Translations under genes and position numbers: made by a program
IMG/VR virus record: IMGVR_UViG_3300032038_000021
Span: 54,901-118,900 of that record
Length of the DNA stretch: 64,000 bases
Reading direction: 5' to 3' (one strand)
Source: a virus
Taxonomy: Duplodnaviria > Caudoviricetes
Part shown: piece by piece, positions 35,320-47,200 of the stretch
How positions within the stretch are numbered: the stretch's first letter is position 1
Layout of the letters: every line of letters starts with the position of its first letter
Notes under the pieces: model-generated
The model's database searches: none
The model's input: only the letters and a program-made list of their open reading frames with translations
Told to the model about the DNA's origin: nothing

Positions 35320-38300
35320 TTAGAAATTAACGACAAGAGATTCTGAATTTGTATCAAACGTAAGAGTAGCAGCACCGAGCTTAATAGAATTAATAGCTAA
35401 TTGTCCAGTAGACGGATTCACCTTAACTCCAGAAGCATACTCTACAGCATCCTTATCATGACTTGCAAGAAGCAATTCACGCTCTTCATTAGCCGAAGTA
35501 GCCGTTACTACTACATTATCAGCAGCACCATTCTCGGTCTGAGAACCAGCATACTTAAAATCATGAGAAGCAAGCTCAGTTTCAAGATTACCAGCTCTAG
35601 TCTCAAGAGCATCGATATCTCCTTCAGCAGTAGTAACACGAACTGCAAGAGAACCAGCTACACTACCATCGAGAGCATCTTCGATCGTACCAAGCCTACT
35701 AGCAATAGTACCATCGGTAGCGACATTATAAGTACCAATCTGACCCTCAATCGTATCGATATCGGATTCAGCAGTATCAAGCCTACCGTCAAGAGCTACA
35801 TCAGCAGCTTCAAGATTAGTAGCTCTAGTCTCAAGAGCATCGATATCTCCCTCAGCAGTAGTAACCCTGCCAGCAAGAGTCGTAGCAGCAGATTCTACAT
35901 TGGTGAATCTTGTAGCTACATCCGGATCATTCGCACCAGTCGGATAGTTACCCATCTGATCCTGGAGAGTATCGATCTCTCCCTCAGCAGTATCAAGACG
36001 ATCTGCAAGAGAAGTACCGTCACCACTACCAATAGCATCTTCAATATCAGAAAGTCTATCAGCGATAGAATCAGTATTAGCCGGATAAGTACCTACTGCA
36101 GTTTCAAGAGTCGTAACTCTTCCACTCAGAGCAGTATCAGCAGCCTTGTAAGCAGTATCCATAGCAGATACAGTACCGCTTAAAGTATCAATATTACCCT
36201 GGAGAGTAGTATCAGCACCTTCAAGAGTAGTCTTGATTGCATCTACCTGAGCCTTGGTGTAATAGTTATTGAAGTCAGCTTCGGTAACACCGACCTTCTC
36301 ATAAGCACCGGTCTTAACACCGTCTACTTCCTTCTCAACCCACATATACTCATCGTACTTATTAGCATTACCGGTAATAACATCCGGCTCTTCCGGTACG
36401 AAGTACAGAGTATAGAGAGCACCAGTTGCAGGCAGAGATTCACCAACTTCAAGTACAACAATCTCAAACTTGTTGATATTACCAACAGTCGTGGTAAGAG
36501 CAGCAAGATCACTAGCTACATTACCAATAGCTGTATCTGTAGCAGTCTTATAATTTTCAACCTTAGTATCAAGAGTAGAAACCTTACCCTCAATATCAGT
36601 CTCATTAGTAGATACAGTACCACTAAGTGTAGACAGATCGGTCTGAAGAGTAGCAACCTTAGCAGCAAGAGAATTTGCTACAGATGCATCAAGATCATCT
36701 TCTACAGTATCAAGTCTACCCTCAACAGCATCGATATCCGATTCAGCAGTAGTAACTCTACCAGCAAGAGTCGTAGCAGCAGATTCTACATTAGTGAACC
36801 TAGTAGCTACATCAGGATTAGTTCCACCAGTCGGGTAATTACCCATCTGAGTCTGGAGAGTATCAACTTCACCTTCAACAGCACCTACACGAGTAGCAAG
36901 ATCAGTACCATTACCAGTACCAATAGCATCCTCAATATCAGACAGTCTGGTAGTAATAGTATCTCCACCAGTCGGATAGTTACCAACAGCACCCTGAAGA
37001 GTTGCAATATTACCCTCATTAGCAGTAACCCTACCAGCAAGAGAAGTATCAGCACTCTCAAGAGAATCTAATCTCTGAGCGATGGTCTGAGTTCCAGCAG
37101 CAGTCGGATAAGCACCAACAGCAGTCTCAAGAGTAGTAGCTCTATTTGCCAGTGCAGCTTCTGCAGTATCAGAAGCGGTCTTATTAGCAGCTACAGTAGC
37201 GATAAGACCAATCTCATCCTCACCATCACCATTAAGAGCCTCTTCAAGAGCTCCAACTCTCGTAGTAAGAGAATCACCTTCTCCACCACTACCAATAGCA
37301 GCTTCTACAGCATCAAGACGACCAGCAAGAGCAGCCTCAGCATTATCAGAAGCGGTCTTATTAGCAGTTACAGTACCAGCAAGAGTAGTAATATTAGTAC
37401 TATTAGTATCAATATTACCTTGAAGTGTTGCAGAAATAGCATTTACTTCAGCCTTGGTGTAATAATTGAGGAAATCTACTGTAGAGTCAATACGCTCAAA
37501 GTGAGCAGGAATTACAGTAGCTTCTTCGCCTTCCTCAGCTGCAGGAATAGTATGCTGTGCAACGTGGATATATTCAGCATACTTCTTCGTATCTCCATCA
37601 AGACCAGATTCCGGTACGAAGTAAAGAGTATACTCATCGATGTTATCCTGCGGAAGAGCATCAACAATAGCCTTCTTGAAACGGTTGATAGTAGCAACAT
37701 CTGCTTCAAGAGTATCAAGATCAGTCTGAGTCTGATCGGTGATAGCCTTATTAGCAGTAACCGTACCGCTTAAGGTATCGATATTACCCTGAAGTGTAGT
37801 ATCAGCAGCCTTGTAAGCAGTATCCATAGCAGATACGGTACCTTCAAGAGTATCGATATTACCCTGAAGTGTAGTATCAGCTGCCTTATAAGCTGTATCA
37901 ATTGCACTAACAGTACCACTCAGAGTATCAATATTACCCTGAAGAGTAGTGTCAGCAGCCTTATAAGCAGTATCTAATGCACTGATAGAACTATTAATAG
38001 TGGTTTCCTTGGCATCAATCTCAGCCTTGGTATAATAGTTGCCAAAGTTAGCTTCGGTAGTACCGATATTTTCGTAATGACCACCATTATCCTCAGCTTC
38101 ATTTACAAACCAAATGTACTCATCGTACTTATTGTTATTGCCAGTAATAGTATCATTCGGAACAAAGTAAAGAATATTACTCTTACCCGGAACCGGCATA
38201 TCAGCAACAGCAGCAACAGTCCTTACTTCAAAACTATTGATACCATCGATGGTAGTCTTAATAGAAGTAATTTCTTCATTAATTGCAGCGTGCTCTGTTG

Positions 38301-38673
38301 CAGCAGCAGCCTTTGTCATATAGGTATCGACAATGCTATTTCCAGCACCATCGTTTGTAGCACTGGTAGCAGTTTCAGCATGAGCTACACTATCACCACC
38401 AACTACAGACCACTTATTTTCGGAAACACTGTACCAATACAGTGTATTAGTATCACTAGAAATATAAATCTTAGGAAGAATACTAGCAGCCGGTAAAGCA
38501 GCAATCTGCGATGCTGTCAATCCAGTAACAATTGATCCAAGATGGAGTCTAGAGTCGTTAATATCTACGTATAATTCGTTAGTATCAGTAACTCTGAGCG
38601 TACCGTTAGCTACAGACTTAGCAAGAGTCTTTGCCTTAGTACCGTAACTTGCTTTAATAAACAGATTACTCAT
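35320..38673 (-). CDS. Coiled-coil tail fibre/shaft protein (1117 aa)
   Basis: Heptad-like repeats (LQGNIDTL, RVTTAEGDIDALE) interrupted by three IN.F....LP......LYFVP...Y.EY domains, one of which also occurs in the 2520-aa fibre. Confidence 0.75.
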   Translation of the reverse strand: MSNLFIKASYGTKAKTLAKSVANGTLRVTDTNELYVDINDSRLHLGSIVTGLTASQIAALPAASILPKIYISSDTNTLYWYSVSENKWSVVGGDSVAHAETATSATNDGAGNSIVDTYMTKAAAATEHAAINEEITSIKTTIDGINSFEVRTVAAVADMPVPGKSNILYFVPNDTITGNNNKYDEYIWFVNEAEDNGGHYENIGTTEANFGNYYTKAEIDAKETTINSSISALDTAYKAADTTLQGNIDTLSGTVSAIDTAYKAADTTLQGNIDTLEGTVSAMDTAYKAADTTLQGNIDTLSGTVTANKAITDQTQTDLDTLEADVATINRFKKAIVDALPQDNIDEYTLYFVPESGLDGDTKKYAEYIHVAQHTIPAAEEGEEATVIPAHFERIDSTVDFLNYYTKAEVNAISATLQGNIDTNSTNITTLAGTVTANKTASDNAEAALAGRLDAVEAAIGSGGEGDSLTTRVGALEEALNGDGEDEIGLIATVAANKTASDTAEAALANRATTLETAVGAYPTAAGTQTIAQRLDSLESADTSLAGRVTANEGNIATLQGAVGNYPTGGDTITTRLSDIEDAIGTGNGTDLATRVGAVEGEVDTLQTQMGNYPTGGTNPDVATRFTNVESAATTLAGRVTTAESDIDAVEGRLDTVEDDLDASVANSLAAKVATLQTDLSTLSGTVSTNETDIEGKVSTLDTKVENYKTATDTAIGNVASDLAALTTTVGNINKFEIVVLEVGESLPATGALYTLYFVPEEPDVITGNANKYDEYMWVEKEVDGVKTGAYEKVGVTEADFNNYYTKAQVDAIKTTLEGADTTLQGNIDTLSGTVSAMDTAYKAADTALSGRVTTLETAVGTYPANTDSIADRLSDIEDAIGSGDGTSLADRLDTAEGEIDTLQDQMGNYPTGANDPDVATRFTNVESAATTLAGRVTTAEGDIDALETRATNLEAADVALDGRLDTAESDIDTIEGQIGTYNVATDGTIASRLGTIEDALDGSVAGSLAVRVTTAEGDIDALETRAGNLETELASHDFKYAGSQTENGAADNVVVTATSANEERELLLASHDKDAVEYASGVKVNPSTGQLAINSIKLGAATLTFDTNSESLVVNF

Positions 38674-38775
38674 CTCTTTTTATCGTTCCTTTCTATTTAT
38701 TTTTATTTAATTTTAAGAACTTAATATACCAAATATTATATAAATTTAATTAATTGTATAAAATTATCGACTAAA

Positions 38776-39390
38776 TTAATCGGAATCCTCTGTAATAGTC
38801 AGAGGTCTACGGTTAGTTCTCTTAGAAACTTCATTATCTATAAGGCTTACAATAGCATCTATAAATTCGTCTGTCGTAGCCATTTGGTCTGAACCAATTA
38901 GGCACTTAATCTTATCTGCTATATCCTTATCTCTTCCAACAGGATCATCGTTAAGAGATCCGTCAGCATTAATTCCAACAGTCCTCCATGTTCTTCCGTC
39001 ATTAGAGGATACTTGGAGAAAATTATCCTTAATTCTCATATCTGTTACCCTCATAGCGTTATTAGGTGTATTAATAGGATGCACTCCTCGTCTCTGGCGG
39101 AGAACATTAAGATCAAGTATATTATTAATTGGAACTTTAGCAGAACTCATATTTTCCGGATCATCGCTAGAAACTACTATATACCAGTCTTTTCTAGACA
39201 GCTGTCCATTATACGGATTAGCATGAATAGTATTTACCATACCGGTTACGACTCGTCTACTACCATTACGGTTATAAGCCATGGAGATATAATCTCCTTC
39301 ACAGACAACAACCGTTCTGGTAGAATCATCGTCATAAACAATCGTAAGTACTAAATTCTGCTCAACTTCTGAACCAATCTTTAGTACCAT
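38776..39390 (-). CDS. Hypothetical virion-associated protein
   Basis: 204-aa ORF with AAGGAG RBS inside the structural module. Confidence 0.65.
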   Translation of the reverse strand: MVLKIGSEVEQNLVLTIVYDDDSTRTVVVCEGDYISMAYNRNGSRRVVTGMVNTIHANPYNGQLSRKDWYIVVSSDDPENMSSAKVPINNILDLNVLRQRRGVHPINTPNNAMRVTDMRIKDNFLQVSSNDGRTWRTVGINADGSLNDDPVGRDKDIADKIKCLIGSDQMATTDEFIDAIVSLIDNEVSKRTNRRPLTITEDSD

Positions 39391-39450
39391 ATTGGAGACT
39401 CCTTTCTTTAGATTTTAACGCATTATTATAAAGTTAACTCAATTAGAAGT

Positions 39451-39486
39451 TCAAAGACTAAGGAAAATGAATTCCTTAGTCTTTGA
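39451..39486. terminator. Intrinsic terminator
   Basis: TCAAAGACTAAGGAA-aatgaa-TTCCTTAGTCTTTGA. Confidence 0.85.
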
Positions 39487-39488
39487 AA

Positions 39489-41222
39489 TTAGATATTAAT
39501 ACGTTTACTTAATGTAATATTTTCATTATTCTTATAGACCTTTACAGGACCATAAGAACTATCATCTATTTCGTCCCCGTGCTTTCTTTCAACCCTATTA
39601 TTTTCTACTATTTTAATCTGTTCTTCTATAGATAACTCAGGACTAGATCCTAGAGCTATTGGTTCTGTGGATAATTTAGATCCTTTTAATTTTCCTTCTT
39701 TATATTCTTGTATTGAGTTAGAACCTAAACCCGTACCAGAACCATTATTAGTAGAAGTAACAGGAATCATTGTGCTAGGGTCTATTGGATTATATGGATT
39801 TGCTGCTACAGACTGTTCTTGTGGAGTTATTGATTGACTAGCATACGATACTGTATTGTAGTTACTAGATATATTAACTCCAGACATAGCGTTAGTAAAA
39901 TTAGATTCACTTGTTTTACCATTACCATGTTCTACTTCACCGAATTCATTCGTATAACCTATATCTTTTATCTTACCCAATTTCTGAAATATGAATTCAG
40001 TTCTTGCTGAAAATTCTGTAGCGTTATTATATATGACTTCTTTCTTTGTTTGTAATACGTAGAATCCGTCATATTTCTTATACTCACCATAATTCTTAAT
40101 TCTATACCTCTTATTGGGACTGAATATAGATGCGTCTATATTTGCTTTACTAATAGAGAAAGTTACACTATTCGATTCGCTATTATTCTTAACCAGCGTA
40201 GCATTAACTCCTCTATTAAATACGTACTTAGGATCATTATAAGTATAATTATTAATATCAATATTAGCAGCATCTAAAGTACCTCTATCAGTTACTGTGA
40301 TAACGGTATTTGCTACTTTATCTTGACCCCTATTAGGAGTAATAGCGACATCTGAAGGATTTACATAAATAATATAAGAATTATTCTTTATTGTAATTCC
40401 TTCTTTATAAGCGTTAGTATTTACATAATCATATACCTCAAAGATTACATCATGATATGTGTTATCTTTTACTTTTACTCCATTTTTAGTCCTATCCAAT
40501 AGATAAGATCTACCAAAGTCTATAAAGAACGTAAAGTCTGTATCATAAAAAGGAGCTTTATCAAATAAGAATTTTAATATCTGTTTCCTACTATTCATAG
40601 GAGGTATAATTAATTTATTCTTCTTAAACTCCGTATTATGAACCGGTCCTTTTATGACGGTCTTTAATTTATATTTCTCAATACCTTCATATACTTTAGC
40701 GATAAGAGTATTCATATCTATATTAGAGAATATTCCAGATACAACAATACTATTATTAACATCCCTTTCTGCTCTAATAGCGTTTAATAATGAAGATGAT
40801 AATAATGCTACGTTAATAACTCTCTGAGAAGCATCACCAACTAAATCTGCTTTCTCTAATTCCTTCTCATAATTAGGATTCTCTCTAGATATAATGAAAT
40901 CAAATTCATCTTTAATAGAAGTTTCAAATAATGCTGCTTGAGATAGCTTATTAATTCTTTCTATTTTCAATACAAATTTAGATTTCGTTTTCTCTCCTTC
41001 TAAACGCATATTCTGAGAGTCGTATATTTCTTGATATAATTCTGCACTTACCACCATAGATATGTATATTATAGGCATCATCTTCCTGAAATACATACTC
41101 TCTATTACAATATACTTAATAAAGTCCTGTCGTATATTATAATATTTCTTACCTTGTATAAACTTTAAACTAATTTTAAATTTATACGCAGTAATATTTT
41201 CTACTTTCGATTCTACAGCCAA
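39489..41222 (-). CDS. Hypothetical protein, possibly baseplate-hub-like structural protein
   Basis: 577-aa ORF; position in the structural region; function not recognisable. Confidence 0.55.
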   Translation of the reverse strand: MAVESKVENITAYKFKISLKFIQGKKYYNIRQDFIKYIVIESMYFRKMMPIIYISMVVSAELYQEIYDSQNMRLEGEKTKSKFVLKIERINKLSQAALFETSIKDEFDFIISRENPNYEKELEKADLVGDASQRVINVALLSSSLLNAIRAERDVNNSIVVSGIFSNIDMNTLIAKVYEGIEKYKLKTVIKGPVHNTEFKKNKLIIPPMNSRKQILKFLFDKAPFYDTDFTFFIDFGRSYLLDRTKNGVKVKDNTYHDVIFEVYDYVNTNAYKEGITIKNNSYIIYVNPSDVAITPNRGQDKVANTVITVTDRGTLDAANIDINNYTYNDPKYVFNRGVNATLVKNNSESNSVTFSISKANIDASIFSPNKRYRIKNYGEYKKYDGFYVLQTKKEVIYNNATEFSARTEFIFQKLGKIKDIGYTNEFGEVEHGNGKTSESNFTNAMSGVNISSNYNTVSYASQSITPQEQSVAANPYNPIDPSTMIPVTSTNNGSGTGLGSNSIQEYKEGKLKGSKLSTEPIALGSSPELSIEEQIKIVENNRVERKHGDEIDDSSYGPVKVYKNNENITLSKRINI

Positions 41223-41232
41223 TTATATCACC

Positions 41233-41898
41233 TCACTCTACAGATGATACATCCTCTCCATATAACATAGTAAACATATCTTTTATCAATTCTTTCGTTT
41301 CAGGATTTAAACAAGCACGCTCTTTTATAGAAGCTTCACTTCTATACCAATCAGCATGATTAGTGGAATTATGAAAAGTATCCATTGCAAACCAATCACA
41401 AAACATATGCATTACACATACTAACGGCATCGGAACTCCAATTTCTGACGGTTCGTTTACTGTCTGTAAATCATAATTTCCATCTTCAGTTTTAACCAGT
41501 CTAATATACTTCCAATATTCTGGATGGTGATCATTATTCCTATAATGGTGTTCCCAAGCAGCTTCATATAATTGTTCTGCTTTGGTTTGAGAATCTTCGT
41601 CTTCTTCCTTCTCTAACTTAGTAGGATAGAAATGTCTCCTATACGGTTCGAATTCCTCTTCAGTATATTTAGATTCATCGTGCTTGTTTATAATCATACT
41701 TAATATAGTAACAGAATCGTTCCAATCTTTCTGAGAGATTCCTTTAGGAAAAGAATTATACTTTTTACTACCAAAGAGAATATCAAATCCTTTACGTACA
41801 TTATTTACATGATTGGTAATATATCTAAGATATTCAGCTTTTCTTAATAAGTATTCTTGATCCTGTAATTTTCCAGTATTATCATATACAAATCCCAT
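41233..41898 (-). CDS. HD-like / DUF5662-type protein
   Basis: H..NV, HDESKY..EEF..Y, AWEHHY..N.HHPEYW and MP....MFCDW motifs. Confidence 0.7.
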   Translation of the reverse strand: MGFVYDNTGKLQDQEYLLRKAEYLRYITNHVNNVRKGFDILFGSKKYNSFPKGISQKDWNDSVTILSMIINKHDESKYTEEEFEPYRRHFYPTKLEKEEDEDSQTKAEQLYEAAWEHHYRNNDHHPEYWKYIRLVKTEDGNYDLQTVNEPSEIGVPMPLVCVMHMFCDWFAMDTFHNSTNHADWYRSEASIKERACLNPETKELIKDMFTMLYGEDVSSVE

Positions 41899-41919
41899 TA
41901 GTATCCTCCTAGAAAATAA

Positions 41920-43251
41920 TTACTCATCGTCCCAAGGATAAAAAGCTTTCCCTACATCCATAGTATTATACTGAATAGTGGCGTTATGGAAGCCTTTCAT
42001 ACACCTAAGCTTCATAGTATCAGGAATTTGAGCTAGAGCAATACCAATATATTTCTCATTTAATCGATAGAACAATTCTCCAGCACACTTATTACAGATA
42101 CCGGTCTTAGATTGACACATAGAAGCAAATCTTAGTTTTACTTTCTTACCAATATATTTACTTCTAGTAGAAGTATCTATTAATTCTAAATCACCATTAG
42201 GTTTCATTACGTAGCAATACATATAGTCAGCAATATTCTTCTCAGTAAGATTTACAGTAATTCCTAAATTGGTACCACAATCACTACCGGGAGGATCTAA
42301 CTTAATTGTCTGGTATGCTGATATAAATAGCTTTTCGTAATATCCACCAACTTCAGTCTTCTTACCTCTAGCATAAGCCCCATGAACACCAGATCCAGCC
42401 ACTATAGGATATTCATTAGCAGGAATACCGTCCATATAATTACCAGTAACTATATGATACTTTTGTTTCGCTGTAGGATCAGGATCTTGTACAGCACCCT
42501 TCATAACAAACATATTCTTGAAGTTGTTATCAAAGTCTCCAGAAGCATCAGATAAAATAGTATCAAGAGAAGGATCATCGCCTAAGTATTCTTTAGCAAA
42601 ATTTAATAACTCTTGCTCTATCTGTTCTGCTATAACAGCATCTCCAGCCTCTATTCTATCTTTATATTTCTTTACCAATTCTTCTTTTTTCTTATTAATG
42701 GCTTTCGTACAAGTAATCATTTTTTCAGTATGATTAGGAGATAAGATAGTTTCAAATGGCATAAACCATTGCATTGTATTTTCCCATTGCTTAAGATCTT
42801 CTACAGTTATCTTATCTTCTATAAGAGCATAAGATAATACTTGTTCTATATTACCATATTTCTTTTTACTGAGAGTATCTTGGAAATATCCGTCAAATAA
42901 TCTACTAAAATTAAAATCCCTAAGAAATATATTCAATATAAATATACCGATAGTAGTAGTAAAAGTATTCTTATTAGATTTAGATTTGGTTTTCTCTTTA
43001 TCGGTAAAATAACTAAACTTTCCTTCTGGAACTTCAAACAAATCATATGGATTTGCTAATGATTTAGGATTACCATTATCATCGTCAAAAGTTCCAAAAG
43101 TATTAAAAATAAATCGAAAAGTAATTTTATCTTTTGATATATTTAATAATATATCTGCTAAATTATCTTTCGTAGGATTACCGTTCTCTATTGTATCTAA
43201 ATCTATATCTAATCCTTTAGATCTCCATAAAATTGATTTTCTTTCAGCCAT
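41920..43251 (-). CDS. DNA-directed RNA polymerase beta' subunit, C-terminal split piece (jumbo phage type)
   Basis: ARGKKTEVGGY.EK (bridge helix, cf. KTA.SGYLTR), DCGT, R...C....ICNKC.G zinc site, IGI...Q...MKGFH (trigger loop, cf. TMRTFH). Confidence 0.85.
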   Translation of the reverse strand: MAERKSILWRSKGLDIDLDTIENGNPTKDNLADILLNISKDKITFRFIFNTFGTFDDDNGNPKSLANPYDLFEVPEGKFSYFTDKEKTKSKSNKNTFTTTIGIFILNIFLRDFNFSRLFDGYFQDTLSKKKYGNIEQVLSYALIEDKITVEDLKQWENTMQWFMPFETILSPNHTEKMITCTKAINKKKEELVKKYKDRIEAGDAVIAEQIEQELLNFAKEYLGDDPSLDTILSDASGDFDNNFKNMFVMKGAVQDPDPTAKQKYHIVTGNYMDGIPANEYPIVAGSGVHGAYARGKKTEVGGYYEKLFISAYQTIKLDPPGSDCGTNLGITVNLTEKNIADYMYCYVMKPNGDLELIDTSTRSKYIGKKVKLRFASMCQSKTGICNKCAGELFYRLNEKYIGIALAQIPDTMKLRCMKGFHNATIQYNTMDVGKAFYPWDDE

Positions 43252-43306
43252 CGTATACTCCTTTTATATAATTCCTGCTGAGAACACCACAGCAGGAATT
43301 ATGATA

Positions 43307-44203
43307 TTAATAATATACCTGATATGTAAAGTCTATTGCCTTATTCAAATCAGCTAATGACTGTGCTCCAAAATAGAACAAACTAAATGGTACTACATCC
43401 TGATAGTATTTATAATATACCTTATCGGCATCATCTGCATCAGGATTCTCACATACCGTGTCGTCGTACCAGGCGGTTAATAATGATATTGCCGATATAT
43501 CTGCTGATCCCCATCCCAATACATCATCGAAATAATCTCTAAAATCTTGTCTACTAATAGCCAGCTTCATTTCTACATACACTTCTACCTGTTGAGAAGA
43601 ATCCAGCTTATATACATTCTTAGTAACTTCAGTACCGTCTAAATAACGTACATTCAGCATAGGTTCCGTTTCAAACTTCTTAAAGAAATAAGCTATCTTC
43701 CCATTAGGTTCTCCAGTAGTAGGATCAAGGAAAGTCTTTCTACCAAAATAAGTTTCTCTTTCATCTGCATCTAAATCGTCTGTAGAATCTACATATCTAA
43801 ATGGTACAATATCCACATACTGATTTAAAGTACCATCAACAAGATCTGGAGATATTCTATGATTATTAGCAACCACATTCACTTCATTAGCAGAAGATCC
43901 AGCACCAGATCTACCAGCACACCATAAACAAGTTATCGGATCATTATACGGTTGAATTGCTGGGAATGGTTCTAATGAATGGTCTAATTCTAATTCTGTA
44001 TTATACGTTGGAAAGATAACAGTTTGTTGTAATCCAAACTGCTTACAAATAGAAATCTGACTACCTGGAGCTAATACCTTATTACTTCCTTCATATAATA
44101 TTTCTCCAGTATTATGATCTCTCATTATAATCCTTGTTCTTCTAGGTCCTCCTCTAAGTACATCATTAATTTGGACCCTATCTTTTACTGCAAATCCAGA
44201 CAT
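43307..44203 (-). CDS. Putative virion structural protein
   Basis: 298-aa ORF with GAGGAG RBS, between the RNAP subunit and the giant structural gene. Confidence 0.55.
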   Translation of the reverse strand: MSGFAVKDRVQINDVLRGGPRRTRIIMRDHNTGEILYEGSNKVLAPGSQISICKQFGLQQTVIFPTYNTELELDHSLEPFPAIQPYNDPITCLWCAGRSGAGSSANEVNVVANNHRISPDLVDGTLNQYVDIVPFRYVDSTDDLDADERETYFGRKTFLDPTTGEPNGKIAYFFKKFETEPMLNVRYLDGTEVTKNVYKLDSSQQVEVYVEMKLAISRQDFRDYFDDVLGWGSADISAISLLTAWYDDTVCENPDADDADKVYYKYYQDVVPFSLFYFGAQSLADLNKAIDFTYQVYY

Positions 44204-44289
44204 TATTTTAATTCCTCCTCGTTATCAAAATAATACTATATAAAATAAGATACTCCCTCTATATAATATAGAAGGAGTATCGGTATAAA

Positions 44290-47200
44290 TTAACTTGCTA
44301 ATATATCTTCATCTCCAAAGTCATAATTACCTAATGGTATATTCTCTTCAGAATTACCAGCTTCGTCATCGTTACCGAATAAATATAAGAATCTAACAAT
44401 ATCATCGCCACTGATATCCATATCCTCACAATCAATATCACCAAATTCTACTTCGGTACCGGTTCGTATCTTATTACCTCCAAAGTCAGTCCAAGAGAAT
44501 GGATCAACTTCGTTATACCAGAAGAATAGATCCTTACTGTAAATTCTTTCTAGATAATCTACAAGATTATTTCTGTAAGTCTCTTCTCCTTCACCAAATT
44601 TGCTTAATATATAACCCATACTAAATAACTTCTTAGCAATAACACCACGTACATAAGTAGTAGCAGTTTCCTCATTCTGAACAATACTCATAATATAATT
44701 CAGATCTTTCAATTCATCTTCTCTTTCTTTACCGTACGTGTCTAAAGTATTCGCAGCATTTGCTAACTTACTCGCTGAAGCATATTTAGTATAATCGAAA
44801 TATAATCCTATATCAGAACTCTTATAATCAGGATCAACCATATCTTCCTTATTATCGGTTCCAGATATCAGTTCTCCGTAATCATAAATAAGTTCTCCTT
44901 CTATTGCATCTTCGACACTTCTATCTATTTCTTCTTCACCAAATTCATATACTCTATAATTGACAGACGTTCTATTATCTATATAAGATATAGCATAATC
45001 TTCGTCGTTTTCATTATAATATTCGTCCAGACCTATAAAGGTGTTCTCTACAGAATTAGGACTTTCATCTTCATTACCATAAGCAGTAATATCTCCTATA
45101 ATGAAACTATCTCCAGGATTATCAAGATCACCATAATCATCTAATTGATCTGGTTTATCTTCATCTCCAAAATCTACATTTCTCATAGGCCAAACCGGAG
45201 GTTCAATACCCTGAGTATATACAATTTCTAATCCATTATTAGGAATAGAAGCTATTCTTACGTCTACAGACACCTCATTGAAACTAGATATTCTAGTAAT
45301 AGCTGTAGGAGTATATATTGTATGAATATTAGGAATTCCACCATTAATATCATATGATTTAAATTCTTGATTCTTAGGTCTAGGATCTACCATATTATAA
45401 TTATACGGTTTTCTACTGATACCAAGCTCTTGATTAATATTACCATTGATCATATAATCATAACCAATATACTTCTCAGCAAAACTACCACCGTCAATAT
45501 CACAATATCCAGTAGAATTATCATTAATAATTCTAGTATCTCCCCAACCATTATCTCTATAATCTCTAACTCCACCACCATCTAAGTCGTGAAGATCAAA
45601 CCATTTATCTAATCTACCACCATTAATCTGATAGTAGCAATATTCATCTATCTGAGAATGAATATCTGTAGAACCATCTTCGTTGATTATTTCATAGAAT
45701 CTTCCACCATCTAACTCGATCTGATCTTCGCCAGCATACATAGACTCTTCTTTACCAAGTCTACAACCGTCGTAATCTTTCTCGAAGAAGATATCATTAT
45801 CTACATAATGAGCAGCAAGATCTATTACTTCAGCATCGAAGTTCGTATTTCTATTATTTCTATCAGCACCATCTCGTGGGAAATACATCACGTTTACTTT
45901 AACAGTATCCGACATGTATCCATTAGCAGCACCGTAATATTTATATTTGGCTTCTCCAATCTGATCTCCATAAATAGCAGTATTATTCATCTTATCATCG
46001 ACAGAATAATTAATCTTTCTACCTACGAATTGCACTTTCCAAGATTTGAAGAAGTCTATCATTTCTTGAATATAATTAAGCATAGCATCAAACGAGCATG
46101 TATAAATAAACGATAATGCATACTTAATCGTATCCCTATTCATATAATAGCTAAGAGTATCTACAAGATCATTCATAATATTTCTTACATTATAAATTCT
46201 TGTAGTTGTCTCAACTTCGTCCTGAAGTTCTCTATATTTCTTATACAGAGTATAATCATGTTTTTCAAGAACCTGATCGTAGGTCTTAGCAATATCACCA
46301 TTATTTATAATATAGAATTCCATATCATAAGGTCTAGTAAATAAAGTATAAAATACGTATTCTATTACTCTCTTTTCATCCCTACTCTCAGCATTCTCAT
46401 ATAGAGCTTTAATATTATTATAACACTTAGTATTATTCTCATATACTTGATATAATTCTGCTAAGCTATTAAACTTTCTCTGAACGATATACGTATCACA
46501 ACCAAGATCTTTAAGAGTATAAGCTCTCTTAAATCCAAATTTAGAATGATTGAAATTAATATCGTCTTCTAGCTGCTCTAATTCTACAGCCATATTAAAT
46601 CCGTATATTCTTCCCATACAATCTTTATATAATAGAGTATGATCAGATCTAATATAATCATAATAATAAGATTGAGTTACTAAATTATACGGCATTCTAC
46701 CACCATCAGCATTCAAATAATACGTTTTAATGAAATCTCTATTCGTATTATTCCAATACCAATCAAGAATACTTACATTCGTATAGGTAAATCTCTTACC
46801 AATAACTAAATCAAATTCCAAATGATCTCCAGAAGGAGGATCTATATAAGTAGTTCCAACAAGCTTCTTATAATTATTACTATTTACTCTTACAGTAATT
46901 TTACCATCGTAATAAGTATTAGCTCTTTCTACCACATTATCTACATTACTCCAAGTAATCTCATACCATTTATTCTCTACATTATGTAAATATTGAGAAT
47001 GAATAAATTTCTCTTTATTATCATTATCTATAAAGAACTCTAAATCGGTATAAGTATAACTTAAAGCTTTTTCTCTGGTAATTACTTCTCTATCTCCGGT
47101 AAGAGGATTTACGTATTGTTGACCGATAATCATTTCATAATTATCGATATTAATTACAAGATCCATCTCTCCAGCATTACTACCATTATAATCCTCTTCA

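Noticed and set aside
25849-38496. Numerous short overlapping and antisense ORFs in the fibre genes
   Set aside because: Shadows of the biased, repetitive codon usage of the real minus-strand genes; no RBS.
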